DNA of 64,000 bases from Polyangiales bacterium. Lineage in GTDB: Bacteria; Myxococcota_A; Polyangia; Polyangiales; Houyiibacteriaceae. A program made the translations under genes and the position numbers. The stretch covers positions 1,385,693 through 1,449,692 of the forward strand of contig OZ245758.1 in the NCBI GenBank assembly GCA_965227405.1, in the 5' to 3' direction. Below are positions 27,447-36,504 of this stretch, one piece after another. The stretch's first letter is position 1; the number at the start of each line of letters is the position of its first letter. The notes under the pieces were generated by a model. That model did no database searches, was not told the DNA's origin, and saw nothing but the letters and a program-made list of their open reading frames with translations.

Positions 27447-30067
27447 TGCGCACGTACCTTCTCGCGATTGGAACTCTGGTCACCGGCTGCAGCGCCTTGG
27501 GCTTGGATGACTTTGATCGGTGTGACGAACTTGGCGAAACCGCACTGGAACAGGAAGCTGCATGTGCAGGCGGCTTGAACGCAGAGTTCGGCTTCCCGGC
27601 AAGCTGTCGCCCCTTTCGTTGTGTCGATGGCGAGTGCGTTTTGGAACGAGACGTCGAACTTTGCGACGGCTCGGACAACGACTGTGATGGCTCCGTGGAC
27701 GAAGCCGTGTTCGCGCCCTCTGGGTTTGGAGGCGTGCAGTACGGTGAAACGCCCTCGATCCTAAGCGTTGCGTCGACCGGAACTGAGGCTCGCGCGTTTT
27801 GGACCGAGATCCCCTCGCGCGAAGCATCGACCGTCGCGGTTTCGCCGCTCATTGGCGAAATCGCAAACGCGGTGACGTACGCGCGCCACGCCGACACCGA
27901 CGAAGACGGTATCGATGACGGAAGTCTGGCGAACACAATGGTGGAAGAGGGCTGCTGGCAACAAGAAGTGATCGTCGAAATGGCTGAAGCGGGTCGACCA
28001 GAGATCCGAATCGACAACTGCAACGCGGACCAAGTCGTTGCTGCGGCAACGGGCTCACACACTTTTGCTGCCGCGATCAGCACACGTGGGTGTCCTCAAG
28101 GACGCGTGCGCTTCGCAGAAGTCAACGAAGGCTCACAGCTTCGAGTCGTGGGTCCCGCAGGACGTAGCAACAGCTTTTTGGGTGTCGGACTTACCCAAGA
28201 CGGAGTCTGCTCGGCGGCGGATCCCGACGCCTGTGCGGCAGCGCGCGCTGCGGTAACGAACGTGGGGTCGAACGATCTCTGCGTCGACTCTCCGTGCGCG
28301 GGCAGTGAGGAATGCGTCTGCGGCCGTTGTGTGAGCCCAGAGCAGGCCGTGGTGTTGCGCGAGTGCGGATTCACCGATGTCGCCGTCGATGTGGTGCAAA
28401 CCCCTCGTGGAGGTTCAGCGGAAGCGCATGCACTCGTTGCCGGTGTCGGCGGTTCCCGAACCGCACAGTGTGCTCTCGACACGCCCCGACCCATCGCGGT
28501 GTGGGGCGCGTTTATTCAGCAGGAGAGTGGTGTCTCCCACATCAACGCCACCGATGAGGGAACGCCACTCGTCATCGGTGAAACAAACGGGTTCGGCGCG
28601 CCCGGTGTGGCAGGAGCAGGCGACGCCTTCGTGGTCGCGTTTCCGAACACCGACGGAGGCGGAACTGTCTCCGTGATTGGACCGTTGGCCGAGCCCGGCG
28701 CGACAGACCTGACGGGGTGCGAAACGGGCGTTGCAGGTGCGTGCGGTGAAACAATGCCGCAGCGAAGCCGGTGTTTGTTCCCCGAGTGCGGCTCTGACGT
28801 CGGCGTCTGTCAAAGCGGTCAAGCACGCTGCAGCAACGGCGTGAGCTTCTGCTTCGGTGTGCGCGACCCGGATGTCATCGAACAGTGCGACAACATGCTC
28901 GACGACGACTGTGACGGCCGCACGGACGAAAGCGATTGTGGCACTTGCACAGCGACAGCCGAGATCTGCAACGCGATCGATGATGATTGCGATGGAATGG
29001 TCGACGAAGAGGTCACCGATACGTTGGAGGGCGCTGCGCTTGGCGAAACTTGTGGTAGCGACGTGGGCGTCTGCGAGTTCGGTACGGTCGCGTGCACCGG
29101 CGGAAAACTGCACTGCGACGGAGGCGTGATCCCGCGCACGAACGGAACGGGGAACTTGAGAGACTTGTGCAGCAACGGAGAAGACGACGACTGCGACGGG
29201 ATGGTCGACGAGGCGACTTGCGACGCAGAGTGCGTCCCCGCCGTGCCTCCGCGTGAAACGTGCGATGGAGACGATGACGACTGCGACGGGCTGATCGACG
29301 AAACGCGCATCGTCGGACCGGCGTGTGACGCCATGACCGAGTGCCCCACAGGCAACCAGCTTTCGTGCATTGATGGTATGTGCGCGGAAGCCGCGCAGCC
29401 GCCGGGCACAAACGACACTCCCGAGCGATTTGTTCAGCCTGCGCGCAGCCGAACGCTCGCCGGTGTGCGTGAGTGCATCGCCACCGATCCCCTTGCAAGT
29501 CCCAGCGAATCGACGGTCTCGTTCAGCGCCGATGGGTTGGACCATTTCGTCCTCGCGACTGGCGGTTCGACCGACGACTCGCTGGCCGTTGCTCTCGCCT
29601 GGACCGAGGGTGAAGGAGCCCACGTGGCGGTTCGCGTACTCACCATGGATGCGACATGCACCTGCCGCGACGGAACCGCATGCTCAGACGAAATGTCCTG
29701 TGAGCGTGTGGTCACGCCGACAGGGTTGCGCGACGCAGGCTCAGTCCAACGGGTGAGCACGAGCGCAGGAAACTACGGCCCGCCCACCATCGCCTATGCA
29801 CCTACCGGTTTTGCTGCCGAGGGTGACACCGGCGGCTGGTTCGTCATCTGGGCGGATCGCTCCGCACCAAACCAGATCCTCGCCACACGCGTGGCCGCAG
29901 ACGGGAGTGTTCTCGACATGCCGTTCCCCGCAGGACGCAACATGATGGGTGAAGAACTGCCGGTCGCGTTCAGCGTGGACTCAGGTGTGGGGTACGCGTA
30001 CGTGGATCGCGTGACAGGCGAGGTCGTTTCGGCGCGGATGCAATGCCCTCCGCCTGCTGCGGAGTAA
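27446..30067 (+). CDS. large secreted lipoprotein with multiple MopE-type putative metal-binding repeats (Cx...DDDCDGxxDE)
   Basis: Lipobox LVTGC. Repeated motifs CDGSDNDCDGSVDE, LDDDCDGRTDE, IDDDCDGMVDE, EDDDCDGMVDE, DDDDCDGLIDE. The start ATG overlaps the previous stop (TGATG). Confidence 0.75.
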   Translation: MRTYLLAIGTLVTGCSALGLDDFDRCDELGETALEQEAACAGGLNAEFGFPASCRPFRCVDGECVLERDVELCDGSDNDCDGSVDEAVFAPSGFGGVQYGETPSILSVASTGTEARAFWTEIPSREASTVAVSPLIGEIANAVTYARHADTDEDGIDDGSLANTMVEEGCWQQEVIVEMAEAGRPEIRIDNCNADQVVAAATGSHTFAAAISTRGCPQGRVRFAEVNEGSQLRVVGPAGRSNSFLGVGLTQDGVCSAADPDACAAARAAVTNVGSNDLCVDSPCAGSEECVCGRCVSPEQAVVLRECGFTDVAVDVVQTPRGGSAEAHALVAGVGGSRTAQCALDTPRPIAVWGAFIQQESGVSHINATDEGTPLVIGETNGFGAPGVAGAGDAFVVAFPNTDGGGTVSVIGPLAEPGATDLTGCETGVAGACGETMPQRSRCLFPECGSDVGVCQSGQARCSNGVSFCFGVRDPDVIEQCDNMLDDDCDGRTDESDCGTCTATAEICNAIDDDCDGMVDEEVTDTLEGAALGETCGSDVGVCEFGTVACTGGKLHCDGGVIPRTNGTGNLRDLCSNGEDDDCDGMVDEATCDAECVPAVPPRETCDGDDDDCDGLIDETRIVGPACDAMTECPTGNQLSCIDGMCAEAAQPPGTNDTPERFVQPARSRTLAGVRECIATDPLASPSESTVSFSADGLDHFVLATGGSTDDSLAVALAWTEGEGAHVAVRVLTMDATCTCRDGTACSDEMSCERVVTPTGLRDAGSVQRVSTSAGNYGPPTIAYAPTGFAAEGDTGGWFVIWADRSAPNQILATRVAADGSVLDMPFPAGRNMMGEELPVAFSVDSGVGYAYVDRVTGEVVSARMQCPPPAAE

Positions 30068-30070
30068 GGA

Positions 30071-30676
30071 CTACTGCCGTACAAACAACCCGAGCCACTC
30101 CTTGCCTTCGCGCTCGGGGCGGCTCTTGGTGATTCGCTGCAGCGACTCCAGTCGGAATGCTCCGTCCAACAACGCAACAATGGCATCGGGGTCGAGTGGC
30201 CACGGCGGCCCCTCGTAGTTCGGGGGTGCATCGAACACGGGGAAGAGCAACGTCGCCAGCGTTCCCTCGGGTCGAATGAGTTCGGCCATCCGAGCCGCCC
30301 AGGCCGCACGCTGACTTGGATCGATCGCACACAGAAACGTGTAGTCCCAGACCAGGTCGTAGAGTTGGTCCGACTCGCGCCACGCGTCGTCGAAGAAGTC
30401 ACCCACCACCAGCGATGCATGCGCGGTCGAAACTCCAGCCGCCTTTCGCTCCGCTTCGAAGTACTCACGCACACTCGGCGCGAGGTCGAGACCCGTAACG
30501 TGTCGGTCTTCGTTCGCGAGTGCGAACACGTCGTGTCCTGAACCACATCCTGGGACCAACGCGCGTCCGCGTGGCAACGAATCCGCCACGCCAACGAGTG
30601 CAGGCGAGGGTCCGCCCGCATCCCAAGGCACGTTGTGGTCTTGCCACCGCTGCTCCCAACTCACATCAACGCCCAC
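30071..30676 (-). CDS. SAM-dependent methyltransferase, thiopurine S-methyltransferase (TPMT/Tmt) family
   Basis: W..RW..NVPWD N-terminus; the SAM-binding VPGCGSGHDV; acidic motif LYDLVWDYTFLCAI. Overall resemblance to bacterial Tmt. Confidence 0.65.
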   Translation of the reverse strand: MGVDVSWEQRWQDHNVPWDAGGPSPALVGVADSLPRGRALVPGCGSGHDVFALANEDRHVTGLDLAPSVREYFEAERKAAGVSTAHASLVVGDFFDDAWRESDQLYDLVWDYTFLCAIDPSQRAAWAARMAELIRPEGTLATLLFPVFDAPPNYEGPPWPLDPDAIVALLDGAFRLESLQRITKSRPEREGKEWLGLFVRQ

Positions 30677-31923
30677 ATCGTGATGAACGCGTTATGAGCG
30701 AGATGCACAAGCGCGGTCAAGAGCGTCGATCCAGTAAAGCGGCGAAGCAAGGTGAGGACGATGCCGGTTGTGGTCACTGCTGCGAACGCACCCCACGCGC
30801 CCCACTGCTGAGGCAAGTGAACGACCGCAAAGAGCACGATGGTGACGAAGGTGGCGATGTTGGCACCACGAAGCCGTTCCACCGTGCCGTAGAGGAAACC
30901 GCGGAAGAAGATCTCTTCAGCGACCGGAACGAAGACCGCAACCGATCCCATCGCCAACGCTCCGCTCGGAAACGACACGAAGGTTTCGACCGGCGACACA
31001 CCGGTCGACGGCACCAAGAGCATCAACAGTCGCCCGGCAAACCACACAACGACGCCCACAACCGGAGCGAGAGCCAGCAGCCACAGACCTTTGCGCGGCT
31101 TCACCATCCCCAACGCAAAGCGGCGATGGGGAATCGCTGTGGCGTCGTCACGAATCGCCGCCACCAACCACCAAGCCGCGCCGATTTCCACAGCAGCAAT
31201 CACAAGCCCGCCGAGTGCGCCGAGCATACGCCCTTGAAAGAAGAGCGAGCTGAACAGCGCAGCGACGACCAGAGCAAGTCCAGCGGCCACACGGGTCCAT
31301 CGCGCGGGTTCGTCGTGCGGCGCGACTTCTTCGACCAGTGGATCGGGCTTGGGAGGCCACGCGAACCCACTCAAGAATGCGATCGTCCCAAGCAGGATCA
31401 GCCACAACCCTGCGCGACCGGTCAGACCCAATGGAGTCCACGCTGCGATGTGCCCGTACACTCGAACATCAGCAAGTTGTGGGTCGAGTTCCGGATACGC
31501 CATCCCGAGTGCGATTTCGCCCGTCGCACCAAACCCCGAACTGGTGGCAACCGTGACGCAAGCATCGCCGAGGCGGTTACGCCGAACGTGCTCCTGCAGG
31601 TCCGCAAACGCGTGGGAAGAGATGCGATCGTCTTCGTCGAGAAACCAGATCTCGAACTCGACCTGGGTCCACGCCCCGGTTTCAAACCCGTCGTCTGCAC
31701 AAACCTCGAGAACTAGGTTTTGCCCTTCGTAGGCCGGCGTTGCGACGAAAAGGTGATGATCGACAGACTCGAGCTGCTGCAGCGTGGATGGTTCGCCAAA
31801 CGCATCGGACTCACGACTCTCCAGGCTATGAATCGCGTAGAGCGAGACCGCCCATCCGAGCGCAATCGTTGTGAGACCACCAGCGAGAAGCGCGCTACGC
31901 ATGCGTGGCAGCGAGCGTACCAT
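30661..31923 (-). CDS. CPBP-family (CAAX protease/Abi-like) intramembrane glutamic metalloprotease with N-terminal extracytoplasmic domain
   Basis: C-terminal motifs EEIFFRGFLYG, FAVVHL, HLAHN are characteristic of the CPBP family. Multiple TM helices. Confidence 0.75.
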   Translation of the reverse strand: MVRSLPRMRSALLAGGLTTIALGWAVSLYAIHSLESRESDAFGEPSTLQQLESVDHHLFVATPAYEGQNLVLEVCADDGFETGAWTQVEFEIWFLDEDDRISSHAFADLQEHVRRNRLGDACVTVATSSGFGATGEIALGMAYPELDPQLADVRVYGHIAAWTPLGLTGRAGLWLILLGTIAFLSGFAWPPKPDPLVEEVAPHDEPARWTRVAAGLALVVAALFSSLFFQGRMLGALGGLVIAAVEIGAAWWLVAAIRDDATAIPHRRFALGMVKPRKGLWLLALAPVVGVVVWFAGRLLMLLVPSTGVSPVETFVSFPSGALAMGSVAVFVPVAEEIFFRGFLYGTVERLRGANIATFVTIVLFAVVHLPQQWGAWGAFAAVTTTGIVLTLLRRFTGSTLLTALVHLAHNAFITMWALM

Positions 31924-31930
31924 TGCTGCG

Positions 31931-33157
31931 ATGTCGCTCCGACTACGGCTCTATGCGCGTCTCTTTGCCGTCGGATGCTTCTTTCACCTCACACTGCCAG
32001 ACGCGCACCAGTGGTCGTGGCTCGTTCCCAACATTCTCTTGGGAGGTGGAGCTGCGTGGCTCTTGGTGAAGCCGCCGACTGGTCGATTCGCATTCGCGCC
32101 TTGGGTGCTGTGTGGACTTGGAGCACTGGGACCGCTGCTCTTTGCGGGCGACCAGCTTACCCAGTCGGTGTTCCTTGTGGTGCAGTGCGTGCTCATGCTC
32201 AGCGCGTGGCGTACCCCCGAGCGCGCCGCCGCCGCGATCCGCACGTGCACGGTCGCGTTTTACGCCATCGCGGCCTTTCACAAACTCAACGCTGACTTCT
32301 TCGACCCTGAGGTGAGCTGCGCGGTCGGAGGCGTTCGTCTACTGGGCGAAAACTGGAGCGTCGTGTTGCCCGACCTCGGCGCCGCGTGGCCGATCCTGTT
32401 CATCGTCGTTGAACTGGGCATCGCCGTGGCCTGGGTCCTCCGCCCTGCACTCGGCGTCATTGTTGCCAGCGCAATGCACCTCCCGCTTACCATCGTGTTC
32501 GCGCCTGCGTTTGCTTGGGTGATGATCCCGGCGTGGGTGTGGTTCTTCGATGATGAAGATCTCGCGCACTACGTGAGCGTGTTCCGCGACAAGCGAGTGA
32601 TCGGTATCGGGCTGGTTCTCGGTGCGGTCAGCATGGCGTTTTACTTTCGCGACCACAGGATTCCCTACCCGTTTTGGCAACTCAACGAACTTGCGCTTTG
32701 GATCGTGGTGGTCGCGAGTGCACGGGCATGGTGGGTGCGAGCGGACCGGCTGAAGGGACGCGGCGCTTGGGGAGATAGCCCGATCGGTTGGCGCGGGTTG
32801 GTGTTGGTCGCGATGGTCGTCAACGCGTCCACACCCTACCTTGGTCTGCAGTTTCACCATGCGGGTGCGATGCTCAGCAACCTGCGCATCGACAAAGGGT
32901 GTTGGAACCACCTGCTCGTTCCTGAGTCCGCGCGTATTCGAGACCCCTACGTACGCGTCAACGGGCATCCGGATCTCGAGTCGACGCTCTGGCATCCCGC
33001 ACAGCTTCGCGATTGGCTGGAAGAACACTGTGAAGGGCCGATCCTGGTCACGGTGGACGACGAGGAAGTGGACGCATGCCAGCTCGAACTGGCTGGACGG
33101 CATGGACTGTTTCAAACCAACCTGGAGCGCAACTGCCCTCAACGCTGCATTCATTGA
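31931..33157 (+). CDS. hypothetical polytopic membrane protein
   Basis: Start taken at MSLRLRLYARLFAVGCFF. The ORF is open from 31871 but overlaps the CPBP gene. About 8 hydrophobic helices plus a C-terminal soluble domain. Confidence 0.5.
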   Translation: MSLRLRLYARLFAVGCFFHLTLPDAHQWSWLVPNILLGGGAAWLLVKPPTGRFAFAPWVLCGLGALGPLLFAGDQLTQSVFLVVQCVLMLSAWRTPERAAAAIRTCTVAFYAIAAFHKLNADFFDPEVSCAVGGVRLLGENWSVVLPDLGAAWPILFIVVELGIAVAWVLRPALGVIVASAMHLPLTIVFAPAFAWVMIPAWVWFFDDEDLAHYVSVFRDKRVIGIGLVLGAVSMAFYFRDHRIPYPFWQLNELALWIVVVASARAWWVRADRLKGRGAWGDSPIGWRGLVLVAMVVNASTPYLGLQFHHAGAMLSNLRIDKGCWNHLLVPESARIRDPYVRVNGHPDLESTLWHPAQLRDWLEEHCEGPILVTVDDEEVDACQLELAGRHGLFQTNLERNCPQRCIH

Positions 33158-33205
33158 TCTTGAACGGATCAGGCTTATGTTCGCGCTCCGCGACACCCCA
33201 ACACA

Positions 33206-35431
33206 ATGACTACCGACCCTCTCGACCAAGACCATTTACTCCAACTTGGTCGACAAGCTCTCGACCGCCTCGACTTCTCAGGGGCTGTCGAGATTCTGTT
33301 CAAAGCGAAAGCCACGCCTGCGCGGGACGTGCTCTTGGCGCGTGCCTACCGCAACACGGCACGACCACGCGACGTCGAGAAACTGCTCGTCCCGCTGGTG
33401 GAGAGCAACCCCGACGCTGCCACCGAACTCGGCATGCTGCGGTTGATTCTGGGTGGACACGACGAAGCCCGTACGTTGTTCGAGCGCGCACTCTCGCTCT
33501 CGGATGATTTTCAATATCATCTCGATGCAGTCCACGGTCTCGCGTATCTCGATGAGATCCACAGCGACGACCGCGCGATCGTGTACACGCGTCTGCGCGA
33601 CGCGCTGAAGCGCTATCCAGACAACACGATCCTCCTACAAACATTGGGAATTGCGCACCTCAACGATGGGGCGATCGACGAAGCGCGCGCCTTGTTTGAG
33701 AAGGTGATCGAACTTCGTTCGAAAGCGCCCTTCGCGGGTACTCGCTTTCAGGTCGAGGCGCACGGCAACCTCGCTTGCGCGTTGGTCAAAGCGGCTGACC
33801 ACGATGCCGCGCTCGACCAAGTCGAGATGGCGATGCAGTGCTGCCCGCGTTGGCTGCGCCAAGGCATGGCGATGAGCATGGAGCGTGACCCCGACCTGGA
33901 GCCCTTGCATTCACGCGTGGAGTTTCAGGCGTCGCTACGCATGCGCGACGACACGTCCCGACAAGAGCGCATTGCGCGCATCGAAGCGGAGCGCGCAACT
34001 GTACCTGCGCGACTCCCGGACCCCGCATCACTGCACGTGGAACTGACGTCTGGTGATCCCACGCGTGTTGCTGCCGCCTGCGAGATCGCCCAGGGCCTGC
34101 TGTCCGACCGTGAAGAGATCTGGGAAGACCACGGCTGGTGTGATCCTGGTGTGCGCACCTGCGCCGAAGAAGTGATCAAAACGTCGCTTCAGGACGCCAC
34201 TTGGCTCGAGCGCGCCGCGTTGGCGGATGGTTCGCGTCCCACCATCGAATTGATCGCCTTGCTGACCGGTTCGCATGATCAATCTCTGCGTGCACTGGGT
34301 GGGCCGATTGCGCTCAAGGTTCTCGAGCACTGGTTGCCACAGACCGGTGGGTACACCGTGATGCCCATCCTGGAGATCCTGGCGTTCGACGCCGACCCGA
34401 CGTTCAACGAGCCCATCCATCTTCCGGCAGTTCGTCCTTTGTTGGTCGCCGCCGCGTGCAACGCGGATACGGACACGAACGTTCGGAACACTGCGCTTGA
34501 AGCTCTGGCTCTTCTCGGAAAGGCAGAGGACGCAGCGGCACTGGTTCCGTTGGTCGACGTCGAAGAGGTCGCGACACAAGCCGTGCAAACGATTCATGCA
34601 CTCGACGCGAGCCAGCTTGATCCCGCACGTTTGCTGACCATCCCCACGACGCGCTACCAGACCGCGGTGACCTACGCGGAAACGCTGGGTATCGAACACC
34701 TCGACACGTTGATCGACGTCGTCGCGGAGCAAGATGAGTGGTGGCAGCGTGAGCAACTGCTTCGACAGCTGTTCGGGTTTGCCGATCAGCGACTGATTCC
34801 ACAAGTGTTCAAGCAGTTCGAGGCTCCGCACGCCGAGCACTGGTGCCTCGCGTGGATGCGCACTCAACAGCTGAGCCAAGAGCAACTGACACAATTGATG
34901 GCGTACCCGCTCACCGAGAAGCGTGCCGCTCATTGGCTGGCCGACGTCGCGCGCAATCAGAAGGGGCGCCTATCGTTCAACGGTGAAGTGCATCGATTGC
35001 CGAATCCGGACACGCCGCCAGACGAGGGCACCGCGAAGTTGGTGGCGTACTTGGGGCTACGCGATCGCCTCCCGTGGATCCGCGCGAACATCGCCGCTGC
35101 GGGTCGCCGAACCGTGGCTGGAATCGTCGTTGCGCTTGGTGCACTTGGCGACGACAGCGACCTTGCGGTGCTGGAACAAGTTGGCGGCCAGGTTTCGTGG
35201 TTACAACGTGATGCGCTGGTTGCCCGAGCGATGATCACCGACGATCTCGATCTGCTCAACACGCTCGAGCCACGTTCGCTCTTTGCGTTGTGGGCATTGG
35301 AGCGACTCGCGGACGAACACGGAATGCAGCCAGCGATCCGAGGCGCAGTGCAGCGGGCAAACGAGCGCGGTTTGCACAACGCAGACTTGAACGAGTTTCG
35401 TCGGGTCGTCGCTCGTTTGGTCAAGCTCTAG
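33206..35431 (+). CDS. hypothetical TPR/HEAT-repeat protein
   Basis: Helical repeat composition; TPR-like ARAYRNTARPRDVEKLL...; HEAT-like repeats later on. No catalytic motif. Confidence 0.5.
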   Translation: MTTDPLDQDHLLQLGRQALDRLDFSGAVEILFKAKATPARDVLLARAYRNTARPRDVEKLLVPLVESNPDAATELGMLRLILGGHDEARTLFERALSLSDDFQYHLDAVHGLAYLDEIHSDDRAIVYTRLRDALKRYPDNTILLQTLGIAHLNDGAIDEARALFEKVIELRSKAPFAGTRFQVEAHGNLACALVKAADHDAALDQVEMAMQCCPRWLRQGMAMSMERDPDLEPLHSRVEFQASLRMRDDTSRQERIARIEAERATVPARLPDPASLHVELTSGDPTRVAAACEIAQGLLSDREEIWEDHGWCDPGVRTCAEEVIKTSLQDATWLERAALADGSRPTIELIALLTGSHDQSLRALGGPIALKVLEHWLPQTGGYTVMPILEILAFDADPTFNEPIHLPAVRPLLVAAACNADTDTNVRNTALEALALLGKAEDAAALVPLVDVEEVATQAVQTIHALDASQLDPARLLTIPTTRYQTAVTYAETLGIEHLDTLIDVVAEQDEWWQREQLLRQLFGFADQRLIPQVFKQFEAPHAEHWCLAWMRTQQLSQEQLTQLMAYPLTEKRAAHWLADVARNQKGRLSFNGEVHRLPNPDTPPDEGTAKLVAYLGLRDRLPWIRANIAAAGRRTVAGIVVALGALGDDSDLAVLEQVGGQVSWLQRDALVARAMITDDLDLLNTLEPRSLFALWALERLADEHGMQPAIRGAVQRANERGLHNADLNEFRRVVARLVKL

Positions 35432-36441
35432 CGACGAAGGAGATGGGCGAGCGAACTTCGCTCGCTCACTCCGAGACGCTGATACACCGTCTTGAGATGC
35501 GTGCGGGCAGTCTCGACGCTTAACTCAAGACGCGCAGCCACTTCGCGTAAGGGCAGACCTTGAGCGGCAAGTCGTGCGACGAGGCGCTGCTTGGGACTTA
35601 GCAGTTCTTCTGCAGGGGACTGGGCCGCATCGTCGGTGGACGCAACGTCTGCCGACTCGAAGATGACCACCAGTTCTTCGACGCCCTTGTCGCCACGAAT
35701 GACGAGAACTTCGCCATAGAGATCACCCACAATGGGCCACGACTGACCGGCGTCGGACGCGCAGAGGTGACGAATCATCGCGTCGAGACGCGCACGTTGT
35801 TTGGCAAAGGGTTGACTAAACTGCTTTTCGAAAAGTTGTTCTGCTGCGCGCGACCACTCGATGACGCCTTCGTGAGTCGCGAGCCGAGCGTGCGGGAGAG
35901 ACAACAGGACGTCGCGCCGAACAGCGTCGGCCTCTCCGCGCCAGGCGCGAGCCGATCGCGCCCGACCGAAAGCTTGCTGCAGGTGCGGCGAGAGCATCGA
36001 AAGCAGCGTGCGATCATCGTCGCCAAAATCGTCGGACCTCGAGTTCATTCGGTAGAGGACGAGGTTGATGGGCGAGCCAGGCGATGGCAGCCGACCGATC
36101 GCAGCGTCGCGAAACCCGAGTCGGAGAAACTCTTGGTGGAGCTCCATCTCCAACTCCGCCGGTGTCGAGTCCGCGCGTACGAAGAACCACGATCCGAGCG
36201 GACGCGCAGCCAAGTACGCACGCGCGGGATCCTGATGGCCAAGTTCGGCGTAGACCTTCGGCCATTCCGGAGGCACACCCTCGCTTCTCAGGAACCCGCC
36301 AAAGCGACCCCACTCCTGGCCAACAACAATGGCATCGACGCCGAGCGTCTCGCGCATCGCAGCGAACAGCTCCTTCGCGTCGGCCTCGGATAAGACCCCG
36401 CGACCGAGCAACGCGAGCAACGATGCGAGTCCCGTCCCCAT
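35428..36441 (-). CDS. LuxR-family transcriptional regulator (C-terminal HTH) with N-terminal sensor-like domain
   Basis: C-terminal LSPKQRLVARLAAQGLPLREVAARLELSVETARTHLKTVYQRLGV is a LuxR/GerE HTH. Confidence 0.7.
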   Translation of the reverse strand: MGTGLASLLALLGRGVLSEADAKELFAAMRETLGVDAIVVGQEWGRFGGFLRSEGVPPEWPKVYAELGHQDPARAYLAARPLGSWFFVRADSTPAELEMELHQEFLRLGFRDAAIGRLPSPGSPINLVLYRMNSRSDDFGDDDRTLLSMLSPHLQQAFGRARSARAWRGEADAVRRDVLLSLPHARLATHEGVIEWSRAAEQLFEKQFSQPFAKQRARLDAMIRHLCASDAGQSWPIVGDLYGEVLVIRGDKGVEELVVIFESADVASTDDAAQSPAEELLSPKQRLVARLAAQGLPLREVAARLELSVETARTHLKTVYQRLGVSERSSLAHLLRR

Positions 36442-36504
36442 CGATGGACTCTACCCCACTCCCCCGAACATGGGATCCTCGGGCTGTGTCGCGCCGATTA
36501 GCGT

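Noticed and set aside
28415-29623. 402-aa minus-strand ORF
   Set aside because: Antisense to the MopE-repeat lipoprotein gene, whose repeated Cys/Asp motifs are clearly in the + frame.
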